A stretch of DNA of 62,794 nt, counting the filler. It is 8 parts of 8 records of this genome, joined end to end, with 100 filler letters (N's around TTAATTAATTAA, not from the genome) between each part and the next. Parts side by side here need not be neighbours in the genome. Positions count along the whole stretch, not along the records: positions 1 to 7,413 come from SRR31147125_51664; positions 7,514 to 17,978 come from SRR31147125_51670; 6 more parts are not named here. One strand, 5' to 3'. This document shows positions 1-10,225 of the stretch, piece by piece. Every line of letters starts with the position of its first letter. Position 1 is the stretch's first letter. The translations under genes and the position numbers were made by a program. Under the pieces are notes generated by a model. It had not been told where the DNA came from and searched no databases. It saw only the letters and a program-made list of their open reading frames with translations.

Positions 1-2
1 CC

Positions 3-2075
3 GATGAAATGGAAGAGCTTTTTAAATCGGACAACTTCTACTTTTGGTCGACCGGGAAAATTCAGCGCGAATACCGTTATTATTTTAAACGACAAGAAGC
101 AGAACCAACCTGGATTCAGCTTCGTGTTGACAAAAAGGACGAAAAATTGAAAGTTTTACCTCCAACCAATATTATTCCGGGAGAGCAAATGGATTTTGCC
201 TTTATGGAGCTAACAGCGTCAACAAGTGCTGCCTGTAACTACGACTTTAACAATTTAATGATTCCGTTTTTATGTATTGCAGCCGATGTAAATAAAAACC
301 AACCGGTTGTGTTGCGCAACGGAGACCTTGGCAATGCCATTCGTGCATCGATGACAGTACCACTCTATTTTAAACCCATTAAAATTGATGGCAGCCTGAT
401 GTTCGATGGGGGACTTTTAAATAATTTCCCTACCGATGAAATGAAAAAGGTTTTTAAGCCCGACATCATCATTGGTCATAAAGTTGCCGACGACAACAAA
501 GATGCCAGTGCCGATGATTTAATGCAACAAATTTCGAATATGGTTATGCGACCAACCAATTTTGAAATTGAACCCAAAGACGGAATTCTTTTGGAAACAA
601 AATTTGAAGATGTTGGCTTACTCGATTTTAACAAAATAGACCAGATTTTAGGAGACGGATTCCAAACAGCAACCAATGCTCTAGACAGTATAAAATCTAT
701 TATTAGCAGACGTGTTGACCAAAGCGATGTACAAGCCAAACGCGATAAATTCAATGCAAAAAAACCGGGGTTAATATTTGAAAATATTCAGGTTGAAGGT
801 GTTGAAGATCCCATGCAACGACGTTTTATCATTCAAAGTATAAAGCATAATCGCGATGTTGTTTCCTTGTCAACTTTAAAAACAGAATACTTTAAACTGA
901 TTGCCGACGAACATTTGAAATCGATTCAACCACTTACCCGCTACAACCGCGAGACAGGATATTTTGATTTGCACCTGAAAGTTGAACCGGAAAAACGTAT
1001 TGATGTGAATATTGGGGGAAACCTGTCGACAAAACCAATAAACCAGGGCTTTGCAAGTTTCAATTACAGAACTTACAATGGCCGGGCGTACTCGTTAAAC
1101 TCGAATTTATATTTCGGGCGTTTTTACAGTTCTTTTAAAGTTGGTGGCAGGATTGATTACCCTACCCGACTTCCTTTTTACCTGGCCTCATATTTTACAA
1201 TGAACCGCTGGGATTATTTTGCATCGAGTACAGAGTTATTTTTCGAAGATGTTCATCCTCCATATATTATTCAAGATGAAATGAATTTTAGATTTGAAGG
1301 TGGTTTCCCGCTTGGTTTGCATAGTAAATTTTATTCGGGATTGGCTTATTCTGCTGCCAGCGACGAATATTACCAAACCGAACTTTATAAGACAGAGGAC
1401 GAGCCTGACAAAACGAATTTCAATGCGTTTTTAATGCAAGCGGGCTTGGAAAATAACTCATTAAACTATCAGCAATATGCAACCGAAGGAGCATTTCGTG
1501 GAATAAATTTCAAATATGTATTTGGCGAAGAAAACCACTACCCCGGAACAACCTCGGAACAATCAGGAAAAACAGAAACCAATCACAATTATTACACATT
1601 AAAAGGACATGTAATTCGCTATTTCAATTTTGGAAAACGTTTTACGCTTGGAACCCACGCTGAAGCTCTTTTTAGCAATAAAGACCTTTTTAGAAACTAC
1701 AAATCGAGCATGTTATCGGCACCGACCTTTACTCCAACTCCTCACAGCAAATCGTTGTTTCTGCCTAATTTCAGGGCCAACAACTACCTGGCCGGAGGAT
1801 TAAAAACTATTTTCCATTTTTCGCCTGAAATGCACATGCGAGTTGAAGGTTATACATTTTTACCGATTAAAGAAGAATTAGAAGCAACTGATTTAACCGC
1901 AACAAAAAGCTACGATATTTTTAATAATTATTACCTCCAGGGTATGGCTTCTCTGGTTTACCAGACAGGGATTGGCCCGGTTAGTTTGTCGCTTAATTAC
2001 TACGACAAAGATGATACAGAATTTTATCTAACATTAAACTTCGGGTATATTCTGTTTAATAAAAGAGGACTGTAG
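3..2075 (+). CDS. Patatin-like phospholipase with C-terminal outer-membrane beta-barrel (PlpD-like), 5' truncated
   Basis: Patatin motifs IRASMTVP and MFDGGLLNNFP, a POTRA-like middle, and an aromatic beta-strand C-terminus (FYLTLNFGYILF). The frame is open to the window start and the GxSxG motif is not in the window. Confidence 0.8.
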   Translation, partial: DEMEELFKSDNFYFWSTGKIQREYRYYFKRQEAEPTWIQLRVDKKDEKLKVLPPTNIIPGEQMDFAFMELTASTSAACNYDFNNLMIPFLCIAADVNKNQPVVLRNGDLGNAIRASMTVPLYFKPIKIDGSLMFDGGLLNNFPTDEMKKVFKPDIIIGHKVADDNKDASADDLMQQISNMVMRPTNFEIEPKDGILLETKFEDVGLLDFNKIDQILGDGFQTATNALDSIKSIISRRVDQSDVQAKRDKFNAKKPGLIFENIQVEGVEDPMQRRFIIQSIKHNRDVVSLSTLKTEYFKLIADEHLKSIQPLTRYNRETGYFDLHLKVEPEKRIDVNIGGNLSTKPINQGFASFNYRTYNGRAYSLNSNLYFGRFYSSFKVGGRIDYPTRLPFYLASYFTMNRWDYFASSTELFFEDVHPPYIIQDEMNFRFEGGFPLGLHSKFYSGLAYSAASDEYYQTELYKTEDEPDKTNFNAFLMQAGLENNSLNYQQYATEGAFRGINFKYVFGEENHYPGTTSEQSGKTETNHNYYTLKGHVIRYFNFGKRFTLGTHAEALFSNKDLFRNYKSSMLSAPTFTPTPHSKSLFLPNFRANNYLAGGLKTIFHFSPEMHMRVEGYTFLPIKEELEATDLTATKSYDIFNNYYLQGMASLVYQTGIGPVSLSLNYYDKDDTEFYLTLNFGYILFNKRGL

Positions 2076-2277
2076 TTCAGAGAGTGTAGAGGATTCAGAA
2101 CAATGTCATTTAAGTATTAAGGGGTTCATTCAGTTGAATTATAGTTTGTCATATTAGGTCTTCAAAAGATTTATTAATATGTAAACCAGACAACATTGTT
2201 ACTATGTAAAAGAAAAGCATTACAACCCATTGGCTTCGTCGTTATCCTATTTTCAACAAATATTCCCTAAATACAAT

Positions 2278-2577
2278 TTATAACCACTTATTCTTAACTA
2301 CTTTTCGAAAATAAAATGGATTATACAAAGCGTTCAGCAAAAGAATCAAAATAAGCTGTATAATATTTTTATCACATTTTGACCATATAACAATATTAAA
2401 TATCCATAGAATAATTATAGGAATATTTATTATCAATCTCAGGTTCACACCTTGTTCACTTTGGAAAAAAGTATATAGTTCGCCTCCCCCAATTAAGGCC
2501 GTAATAAAAATTGGAATCAAAGCTAAGCAAAACAATACATTAACAATAAAACAGATTTCTAAAATAATTCGTTTCAT
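2278..2577 (-). CDS. Hypothetical small membrane protein (about 3 TM helices)
   Basis: 99-aa ORF with three hydrophobic segments and a basic C-terminus; co-oriented with the upstream genes. Confidence 0.6.
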   Translation of the reverse strand: MKRIILEICFIVNVLFCLALIPIFITALIGGGELYTFFQSEQGVNLRLIINIPIIILWIFNIVIWSKCDKNIIQLILILLLNALYNPFYFRKVVKNKWL

Positions 2578-2633
2578 TCTTCTTTATTTTTTCATGAGCA
2601 TCCCAGAAGCGAGTACGAGGATACAATACAAAT

Positions 2634-2986
2634 CTATCCACGAACAAAATGAGGCATATCAGGTGTAAGAGTAAAAGAGATCTCAACAACCCCGCAAAAC
2701 TCTCCTTTTTGTTTCCAGGAGTTTGAAGGATTAGCTTTTTAATCCCATTCTTTTCGGTAGAATACATATTCTCAATTGGTGTTTCCAGCATTTCCTTCAG
2801 TTTTGTTTTTGAAGGTTCGGGATGACAATCGAGTAAATTTTGTCCCATCAACTTTTCGCCACCATACTTTTTAAATTGCTCAACCGAGTAACTGTTCATG
2901 TACACAATAATACCTTCGCGGTCGCACACGGTTATTGCGCCGTTAAACTCTTCAGCCCAATCTACATCAACTCCCTTTAACTTCAT
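2634..2986 (-). CDS. Small standalone PAS-domain protein (frameshift near 2718)
   Basis: ITVCDREGIIVYMN...GQNLLDCHPEPS is PAS-like. The family C-terminus WKQKGEFCGVVEISFTLTPDMPHFVRG* continues in another frame after ACT CC|TGG, with the stop at 2634-2636. Confidence 0.8.
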
Positions 2987-4806
2987 TTTTGCTTATAACA
3001 TTTCACCCAATCTATTTTGAACTGAACCGGCATTGATGCTCCATTAATCTCTTTAATAAGCAAACTCGACGCATTCAAATGCAAAGGTTTATCCATACTT
3101 GTATTGTTGGCACTAAATATTTCTGTTTCGTTTATTTTCCAGGTAAAGCTTCCACCCTTCTTTTCGAGCGTAAAAATGTAAGTACCTTTTTTCAACTTCG
3201 AAATATCAAATCCGCTACTTTCAACTTTGCCATTACCATTCAATTCCGAAAAACCGAGGTTATTGCGGGCTCCCATTTCCAACAGGTTAACACGAGGCAT
3301 TGTTTCTTCGCCGGCCAAATAGAACGAACTAAGCACCGATTTTACCGGACTGTAAGTAATTTTAGCCTCAAGTATTCCCTCTTCCATTAAAAAAGTAGAA
3401 TCCGAAGTTATCATTCCTGAGCTGTATTCAAATTCTGTTGGAACAAATCCGGCTGGCATTTTCCAAACCTTACCCGTAGTCTTTTCTTTTTTAACGTCAA
3501 CTATCAAACCGTTTCCGGTAGTAATATTTTTGCCATTGGTAAACAGGTTAATGTCGCCAGGCATAGCATAGTTTTCGCCCAAAAGCTTACTTGCCACTTT
3601 TCCACTTGTCGCCCATTTTTCGGTATCAAGTTTTTTGTCAGCAAAACTATCTTCAAAACAAATATCCCAGTTTTTAAGGAAATCAAAATCCGCTGAATTT
3701 TTATACTTGTAATAAAGCACAAATTCGGGTTTCGCTTTTTCCTTTATATATTCTTGCTCTTTTTTATATTCTTCGGTCTTCTCCCAGCGCTTTTTATCTT
3801 CGAGCCAGCTTTTTTGTTTTTTATATTCTTCTGAATTGGTTATCTCTTCTAATTCATGATAACGCTTTAAATCAAACGAATCTTTAACATCGAGATAGTT
3901 TTTATAAAGAGCCAATTTTTCGTACTTCAATACAAACTTCACATTTTCATCGGATGCCAATTTCTTAAATTCGTTTTGCTTTTTAAACGCTTCACTCTTC
4001 TCAAACTTTTTCCTGTCTTTTAAATATGTTGTACTCTTTTTAAAGTCATCTTTTTCAACATAATCTTTTAATTCGTAGTAGCGTTTTAAATCATGACTTC
4101 CGGCAGTTTCTTTGTAAAGTTTAAGTTTCTTCGATTTCTCGAACTTAAAATATGCCTTAATCTCAGAATCTCTTCTCAAATGTTTAAATTCCTTCTGTTT
4201 TTCTTTATCGTTATCGGCCGCATTTTTAAGGTCCTTAAACTTTTTTAGTTTTTCTCCGTCTTCGAAAGCTACATGGCGTTTTAATGCAGCAGAATCGTCG
4301 AGCTCTTTAAATGCCTTAATGCCAGCCGATTTTTCTAACTTTTTAAAATCTACCAGATGCTTTTCCTCAACCGATCCTTTAAAAACCTGGCTTTTAATTT
4401 CTTTCTTTTCTTTTTCGAACTCGCCCTCTTTCATATAATCGTAAAGCGAATAGTAGTCCGACATTTTTTGAGACTCCTTTTCGCTTTCAAATTTTTTCAG
4501 ATCAGCCGAACCTTCTACTTTGAAATATTTCTTAATAGCAGCCGATTTTTTAAGTTGTTGAAACTCTTTTAATTGTTTCTCTTCCTCGCTTCCTTTAAAC
4601 TGTAAATTTTCGACTTCACTTTTCTTCTTACTGAAATCATCGGAATTAATCCATTCTTCCAATTTCAAAAAATCATTCAATTCTTCCGAACTTTCAACCT
4701 TTTGAAATTCCTTGTAATTAAGGGCTAATTCCTTTCTTTGTTTCTCAATGCTTTCAACAGGTTTTATTTTCCCTGTAAGCTGAAGTAAAAAAATTTTAAA
4801 TGACAT
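2983..4806 (-). CDS. Lys/Glu-rich helical-repeat protein with C-terminal GH16-like (ConA/laminarinase fold) domain, catalytic motif degenerate
   Basis: C-terminal WDICFEDSF...LDTEKW, EYSSGMITS, GILEAKI and FKIDWVKCY are GH16 hallmarks. The EIDxxE motif reads RVNLLE. About 370 N-terminal residues are charged helical repeats. Confidence 0.7.
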   Translation of the reverse strand: MSFKIFLLQLTGKIKPVESIEKQRKELALNYKEFQKVESSEELNDFLKLEEWINSDDFSKKKSEVENLQFKGSEEEKQLKEFQQLKKSAAIKKYFKVEGSADLKKFESEKESQKMSDYYSLYDYMKEGEFEKEKKEIKSQVFKGSVEEKHLVDFKKLEKSAGIKAFKELDDSAALKRHVAFEDGEKLKKFKDLKNAADNDKEKQKEFKHLRRDSEIKAYFKFEKSKKLKLYKETAGSHDLKRYYELKDYVEKDDFKKSTTYLKDRKKFEKSEAFKKQNEFKKLASDENVKFVLKYEKLALYKNYLDVKDSFDLKRYHELEEITNSEEYKKQKSWLEDKKRWEKTEEYKKEQEYIKEKAKPEFVLYYKYKNSADFDFLKNWDICFEDSFADKKLDTEKWATSGKVASKLLGENYAMPGDINLFTNGKNITTGNGLIVDVKKEKTTGKVWKMPAGFVPTEFEYSSGMITSDSTFLMEEGILEAKITYSPVKSVLSSFYLAGEETMPRVNLLEMGARNNLGFSELNGNGKVESSGFDISKLKKGTYIFTLEKKGGSFTWKINETEIFSANNTSMDKPLHLNASSLLIKEINGASMPVQFKIDWVKCYKQK

Positions 4807-4996
4807 CGGTTTGTAATTAGATTTTAACTCTACCCAAAAATATAAATTTAGATGGTTAATACCGCATAGTTATAAGATTTCATTGTAAAACTAAACACAA
4901 CGCCCTTTGTATTTAACATATTATTAGTTTTTAACAAAACCCCAACATCAATCTAAAAAACCATTGTTGGGTGTTTATATGTTTTGATACCGAATT

Positions 4997-5027
4997 CTTG
5001 CTATTCGCTTAATTTTGAATAGTTTTG
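4997..5027 (+). promoter_or_regulatory. Bacteroidota housekeeping sigma promoter
   Basis: CTTG-N19-TAGTTTTG resembles TTTG-N19-21-TAnnTTTG, 20 nt upstream of the 5048 start codon. Confidence 0.45.
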
Positions 5028-5047
5028 GTATATCATAAAACAAAAAT

Positions 5048-5917
5048 ATGATTAAACATTCAGAATTAATTCTTAATCCGGATGGTACAATTTTTCATTT
5101 GCACCTTAAACCGGAAAATATATCAGACCAAATTATATTAGTAGGCGATCCGGCCAGAGTAGATACCATTGCGGCTATATTCGACGAAATAGAATTCTCG
5201 ACACAAAACCGTGAATTCAAAACAGTTACCGGCATTTACAAGGGCACTAAATTCAGTTTAATATCAACAGGAATTGGAACTGACAATATTGATATTGTTT
5301 TAAACGAACTCGATGCGCTTGCTAATATAGATCTTGAAAAACGAGAGATAAAAGCAAATATAAAATCTTTAAATATTGTTCGAATTGGTACTTCGGGTGG
5401 CCTACAAACCGATTTGCCTGTTAATTCGTTTGTGGTATCACAAAAATCCATTGGATTCGACGGATTGCTTAACTTTTATGCGAACCGCGAACAGGTGAGC
5501 GACTTAGACTTTGAAGAGGCGTTCAGAAAATATGTAAACTGGAACGCATCACTTCCTTCGCCGTATGTAGTAGATGCTTCAGACAAATTGCTTTCGAAAT
5601 TTAACAGCGAAGAATTCTCGAAAGGAGTTACTATTTCGGCACCGGGATTTTATGCTCCACAAGGCCGCGAATTAAGGCTGCCTTTGGCATATCCCCAGTT
5701 AAACGAATTGATTGAAAGCTTTAAATATCAGGATTTACGCATCACCAACTTTGAAATGGAAAGCTCGGCAATATATGGCCTTTCTAAACTTTTGGGACAC
5801 AATGCCCTTACTGTTTGCCTTATTATTGCCAACCGTGTTACTTTAACAGCCAACGAAAACTATCGAACGGAGATGCAGAAACTTATAAAAAAGGTATTAG
5901 ATAACTTAAGTTCTTAA
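5048..5917 (+). CDS. Nucleoside (uridine/purine) phosphorylase, PNP_UDP_1 family
   Basis: ILVGDPARV, STGIGTDN, VRIGTSG, GFYAPQGR and NFEMES motifs. Confidence 0.9.
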   Translation: MIKHSELILNPDGTIFHLHLKPENISDQIILVGDPARVDTIAAIFDEIEFSTQNREFKTVTGIYKGTKFSLISTGIGTDNIDIVLNELDALANIDLEKREIKANIKSLNIVRIGTSGGLQTDLPVNSFVVSQKSIGFDGLLNFYANREQVSDLDFEEAFRKYVNWNASLPSPYVVDASDKLLSKFNSEEFSKGVTISAPGFYAPQGRELRLPLAYPQLNELIESFKYQDLRITNFEMESSAIYGLSKLLGHNALTVCLIIANRVTLTANENYRTEMQKLIKKVLDNLSS

Positions 5918-5919
5918 GT

Positions 5920-6795
5920 ATGGAAAGAAACAGACTCGATGCACTTATCAACCTTTTAGACGATCCGGACTACAATGTTTTCGGTATGGTTGAAAAGGAA
6001 CTCTTAAAAGAAAGCCAGGAGATTATTCCTGATTTGGAGAAAAAATGGGAATCGAGTTTTGACGAAGCATGCCAGGAACGCATCGAAAATATAATTCAAC
6101 ATCTGCAATTTAAAGAAAGCTACAAACAGCTAAAAACGTGGCTCGGAAGTAATCCTGAAGAAAGAGACTTACTCTCAGGTTTTTGTCATGTTGACCGCAT
6201 ACAATATCCAGACCTGAATCCACTAAACATTGATTTAAAAATTGAGAAATTAAGAAAAACCATTTGGTTAGAACTAAATAACTCGCTAACGCTTCTCGAA
6301 AAAGTTACCATTCTTAATCATTTCATTTTCAACCTGAATGGTTATTCGGTTAATCTTAACAATCCTCATTCGCCACAAAATTGTTTTCTAAACCAGATTA
6401 TCGACTCGAAAAAAGGCAATTCGGTTTCGATAAGTTTATTCTATACAATTATTGCCCGAAGACTTGAAATTCCGGCTCGTTTAATCGATTTTCCCAAGAA
6501 TCCGCTGGTTGGAATTGTGGATGCAAATTTGGCTCGCAGGGTTCATGGCTCTACACAAAGTTCCGATGTACTATTTTACATAAATCCATCGAACAAAGGC
6601 TCTATCACCAGTCGAAAAGAAATTGAATATCACCTAAAAAAGCATAATTACACCCCGTTTTTCGATTATACCGAACCAAAAACCGATGCATTATTCCTAA
6701 AAAGACTTTTAGAAACAATGTTGAATTCTTATCAGTCGGTGGGTTATCAGGACAAAGAAGAAAGGGTAAACCAGATGCTACATTTGTTCGAATAA
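5920..6795 (+). CDS. Transglutaminase-like / SirB1 family protein
   Basis: ALINLLDDPD N-terminus, FLNQIIDSKKGNSVSISLFY and FYINPSNKG typical of Bacteroidota Transglut_core2 proteins. Confidence 0.75.
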   Translation: MERNRLDALINLLDDPDYNVFGMVEKELLKESQEIIPDLEKKWESSFDEACQERIENIIQHLQFKESYKQLKTWLGSNPEERDLLSGFCHVDRIQYPDLNPLNIDLKIEKLRKTIWLELNNSLTLLEKVTILNHFIFNLNGYSVNLNNPHSPQNCFLNQIIDSKKGNSVSISLFYTIIARRLEIPARLIDFPKNPLVGIVDANLARRVHGSTQSSDVLFYINPSNKGSITSRKEIEYHLKKHNYTPFFDYTEPKTDALFLKRLLETMLNSYQSVGYQDKEERVNQMLHLFE

Positions 6796-6916
6796 TTTAT
6801 TCTTATTTCAACACGTATTTCTCACATTTTTTTTACAAACCAATCGTCCGAATACTTTCTATTCGAATAATCATACTTTGGTATAATTTTTAACTGAGAC
6901 GCTAATTTTAAGGCAT

Positions 6917-6946
6917 AAAAAAGCCTCCAACCAAAGGCTGAAGGCT
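6917..6946 (-). terminator. Rho-independent terminator of rny
   Basis: Minus strand reads AGCCTTCAGCC-TTT-GGTTGGAGGCT followed by a T run, just after the rny stop. Confidence 0.75.
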
Positions 6947-6972
6947 CCAATATATTCTGAAAAATTAATTTC

Positions 6973-7413
6973 TTACTTAGCGTAACTTACAGCGCGTGTT
7001 TCGCGAATAACAGTAATCTTAATTTGTCCCGGATAAGTCATTTCATCCTGAATTCGTTTTGAAATATCGTATGACAACTGTTCTGTTTCCTGGTCGCTCA
7101 TTTTGTCTGAACCAACAATTACACGAAGTTCGCGGCCTGCCTGAATAGCGTAGGTTTTCATTACTCCCGGATATGACAGAGCTAAATCTTCAAGGTCTTT
7201 CAAGCGTTTAATGTACGACTCAACAACCTCACGACGAGCTCCCGGGCGCGCACCTGAAATAGCATCGCAAACCTGAACGATAGGCGCCATAAGCGTTTGC
7301 ATTTCCACTTCGTCGTGGTGTGCTCCAATAGCATTGCAAATGTCCGGTTTTTCCTTGTATTTTTCGGCCAACTTCATACCCAATACTGCGTGTGGCAATT
7401 CCGGCTCATCATC
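6973..7413 (-). CDS. rny: Ribonuclease Y, C-terminal part (5' truncated at contig edge)
   Basis: [31 protein letters not shown] and [17 protein letters not shown] are RNase Y signatures. Confidence 0.95.
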   Translation of the reverse strand, partial: DDEPELPHAVLGMKLAEKYKEKPDICNAIGAHHDEVEMQTLMAPIVQVCDAISGARPGARREVVESYIKRLKDLEDLALSYPGVMKTYAIQAGRELRVIVGSDKMSDQETEQLSYDISKRIQDEMTYPGQIKITVIRETRAVSYAK

Positions 7414-7513
7414 NNNNNNNNNNNNNNNNNNNNNNNNNNNNNNNNNNNNNNNNNNNNTTAATTAATTAANNNNNNNNNNNNNNNNNNNNNNNNNNNNNNN
7501 NNNNNNNNNNNNN
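7414..7513. other. Artificial contig linker
   Basis: 44 N + TTAATTAATTAA (stop codons in all six frames) + 44 N. Confidence 0.98.
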
Positions 7514-7539
7514 TTTTTTTCAAAAAAACTCCGGTATTC

Positions 7540-8516
7540 TCAAGATTTTTCATTATTACCATATTTTTCATAGGCTTTAATGATTTTCTTGACCAACTGA
7601 TGCCGAACAACATCCTTTTCAGATAAATATATAAATCCAAGGCCATCAATCCCCTTCAGGATCTGTTGAATTTGAATTAACCCTGATTCTGTTTTGTTTG
7701 GCAGATCAATTTGGGTTACATCTCCTGTTATTATGGCACGGGAATTTGCGCCCAACCGAGTTAAAAACATTTTCATCTGAATAGAGGTTGTGTTTTGAGC
7801 TTCATCTAAAATAACAAAACTATTATTCAGGGTTCGACCTCTCATATACGCCAAAGGTACAATTTCAATTATTCGCGTTTCAAGCTGTCGTTTCAGCTTG
7901 TCCAGGGGAACCATATCATAAAGGGCATCATATAAAGGTCGCAAATAAGGATCAATTTTTTCCCGAAAATCGCCAGGCAGAAATCCCAGACTCTCACCTG
8001 CTTCCACAGCTGGCCGGCACAGAATAATCCTCTCCACATCTTTGTCCCGCATTTTTGAGAGTGCAATGGCTACCGCCATAAAAGTTTTTCCTGTTCCCGC
8101 CGGTCCTATTGCAAATACTATATCATTCTGTTTCGTAGACTGCAAATACTTTTTCTGGCCATCCGTTCTGGGTTTAACAACACTTTTTTGGTATAAAGAA
8201 TAACGGAATCCAAATCCTCAGCATTTTCTTTCTCTTCTTCATATTTCCAGTCAGTCAGCCGTGTCAATGTTTCAATATCATCACTCGAAATAGCACCATT
8301 TTTATTCAGCATAAAGATCAGCTCAGATACAACTCTTTCAGCTGCTTCTATCTCATCACGAGTACCCCTGATAATGAGTTCATTCCCTCTCCCTATCAGT
8401 TGCGCATCTAATTTCCTTTCAAGAAGACGCAAATTTACATCCTGCATTCCATAGAATGACAGAGGATCAGTTCCTCTTAAGGATATATGCTTTTCCTCAA
8501 TAAATTTTGTATCCAA
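7540..8516 (-). CDS. phoH: PhoH-like ATPase (YbeZ type), frameshift at homopolymer 8184-8189
   Basis: [34 protein letters not shown] and GDVTQIDLP. The N-terminal part (8118-8516 ORF) joins via ...YTKK|[15 protein letters not shown]. Confidence 0.92.
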
Positions 8517-8574
8517 AGTTCCTCATAAAAATAGAAAATTTCACATCTTTATTTAAATTTCGTGTTTCAGAAAC

Positions 8575-8622
8575 AAAAAAACTCCCGGCCAAGGCTTTCT
8601 TATCAGCTGACCGAGAGTTTTT
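8575..8622 (-). terminator. Probable terminator downstream of the LysM gene
   Basis: Inverted repeat AAAAACTC.CGG ... CCG.GAGTTTTT with A/T tails on both sides. Confidence 0.55.
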
Positions 8623-8790
8623 CGTGTTAAAATTGCTTTTTCATATGTTTCATAAATATGGACGACATTTGTAATCTTGAATAACCGGCAATTTGATCGA
8701 TTAAAATACTGTAACGAATTGCTTAATTACATCTTGCTATATTTGTGGTCTTCCGTCCATATTTGGAAAAATATCTTTTTGTAGAGAATA

Positions 8791-9645
8791 TTATTCCTTT
8801 GGAATCACAAGCACGGTGTATGGATAAATTGTGTTAGGATCTTCACCGATGATATCCTTGTTCTTTTCATAGATCTTGGTCCATGAAGCAGGATCACCTA
8901 ACGATTGCGCATTTTCTGCGATCTTGGCCAAATAATCACCTTTGGCAACCAGATATTCATCCGGGCCGACTTCACGTTGGATTTTGAAGACCTGTTTTGG
9001 GAAAATCAAATCAGCATCTTTGATTTGATCTTTGTTGTAAGAATAGATTCTCATCCATTGTGTGGCATCGTCATAAATATCCTCTTTTCCGGAAATTTTC
9101 CACAAATAATCACCTACGACTACTGTATATTCATCGTAAATAGCCTTAGGCATTTTGTTTCTTACCTGCGTAAGTTTGCCTTCGATCGTGGCAATTAGAT
9201 TTTGCATTTCAGACAATACGGAGATTCTATTCTTTTTTAATTCCGCTAACTTTTGCTCAGCACCTTCAACTTGAGCCCGTTTTTTAAACAGCTCTTCTGG
9301 TGATAAAGCTAATAATCCGTCTACGTCAGCTTCCAAGGCTTTTAATTCTGCTCTGTAAGCATCAACTTCACCTTGAGTGGCACCAATTAGTGCAAGGGTT
9401 TCACCCCACACTTTTTCTCTTTCTGCTACAACGACTTGAATCTCACCTTTGAGTTTTTCTACCTGGTCAGCACATTCTTCGGCTGCTTTTGTAGCGGCCG
9501 CTTCTTTTGCTTGCCAACTGGCTAGATCAGCACGATAATCTTCCATGCTCATCTTTTCTTGTGCATATGCTGAAAAAGTTCCAAACATTAATGACAAGGA
9601 AACAACAAACATAAAGGTGAGAAAAGCATTGTTCCTAATTTTCAT
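8791..9645 (-). CDS. Secreted coiled-coil protein with two C-terminal LysM peptidoglycan-binding domains
   Basis: Signal peptide ending SAYA/Q, long coiled coil, YTVVVGDYLWKIS...ADLIFPKQ and YLVAKGDYLAKIA...PNTIYPYTVLVIP. Start reassigned to the ATG at 9645, behind an AGGAGG RBS. Confidence 0.85.
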   Translation of the reverse strand: MKIRNNAFLTFMFVVSLSLMFGTFSAYAQEKMSMEDYRADLASWQAKEAAATKAAEECADQVEKLKGEIQVVVAEREKVWGETLALIGATQGEVDAYRAELKALEADVDGLLALSPEELFKKRAQVEGAEQKLAELKKNRISVLSEMQNLIATIEGKLTQVRNKMPKAIYDEYTVVVGDYLWKISGKEDIYDDATQWMRIYSYNKDQIKDADLIFPKQVFKIQREVGPDEYLVAKGDYLAKIAENAQSLGDPASWTKIYEKNKDIIGEDPNTIYPYTVLVIPKE

Positions 9646-9688
9646 TAGCTTTCCTCCTAACATTACAACTGTAAATTGCGAGTTTTCA

Positions 9689-9967
9689 TTAGTTGCCAAA
9701 ATTATCTAATCTTTGGGCGACTTTAGCTTTTTCCTGCTTCATAGCTTCTAAATTTTGCTTTTCCTCTGCCAACTTGCTCTCTAAACTAGCCTTCTCACTC
9801 TCACATTCGGCCTGTTTTTGTTGAGCTGCAAGTGCAGCTGATTTGGATTCTTCCAACATCGCCAGCTCGTTTTCATTAGGTCCTCTGCTACATCCAGTAA
9901 TTGCAAAAGAGAAAAACAATAATGCGATACCCAAGGAAACTGAAAGTGTTTTGAGCATTTTTTTCAT
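9689..9967 (-). CDS. Small coiled-coil lipoprotein (Lpp/OprI-like)
   Basis: Lipobox ITGC, then a 65-aa Ala/Glu/Lys heptad helix; AGGAGG RBS upstream. Confidence 0.75.
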   Translation of the reverse strand: MKKMLKTLSVSLGIALLFFSFAITGCSRGPNENELAMLEESKSAALAAQQKQAECESEKASLESKLAEEKQNLEAMKQEKAKVAQRLDNFGN

Positions 9968-10225
9968 CTAATTCAACACCTCCTTTCAAGATGTGGTGGT
10001 TGATTTTTTAATCAGTACTGTTCAGTTTTTGATCATTGAATTCTATTCAAATACTCTAATTAAGCACTTATCAAGTTATTTTTAAAGTACTAATAAAAAT
10101 TATATTTGTTTTATTTTAAGAAAAAATTGTATCATTGTCAAGTGGAAAATAGCCCTTTATTGTTTGTTTATTATTCTCTTTAACCAGAACCAGACTTTAT
10201 AGACTACTTTTCCTTTCACATTTTA

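Noticed and set aside
4937-4976. Inverted repeat CCCAACA...TGTTGGG in the divergent promoter region
   Set aside because: Short stem with a long loop; could be an operator but there is no supporting evidence.
8184-8189. Programmed frameshifting or pseudogenisation in phoH, susC, fecR and the other split genes
   Set aside because: The same one-base loss pattern appears in unrelated contigs and both gene halves are otherwise intact; sequencing error is more parsimonious.
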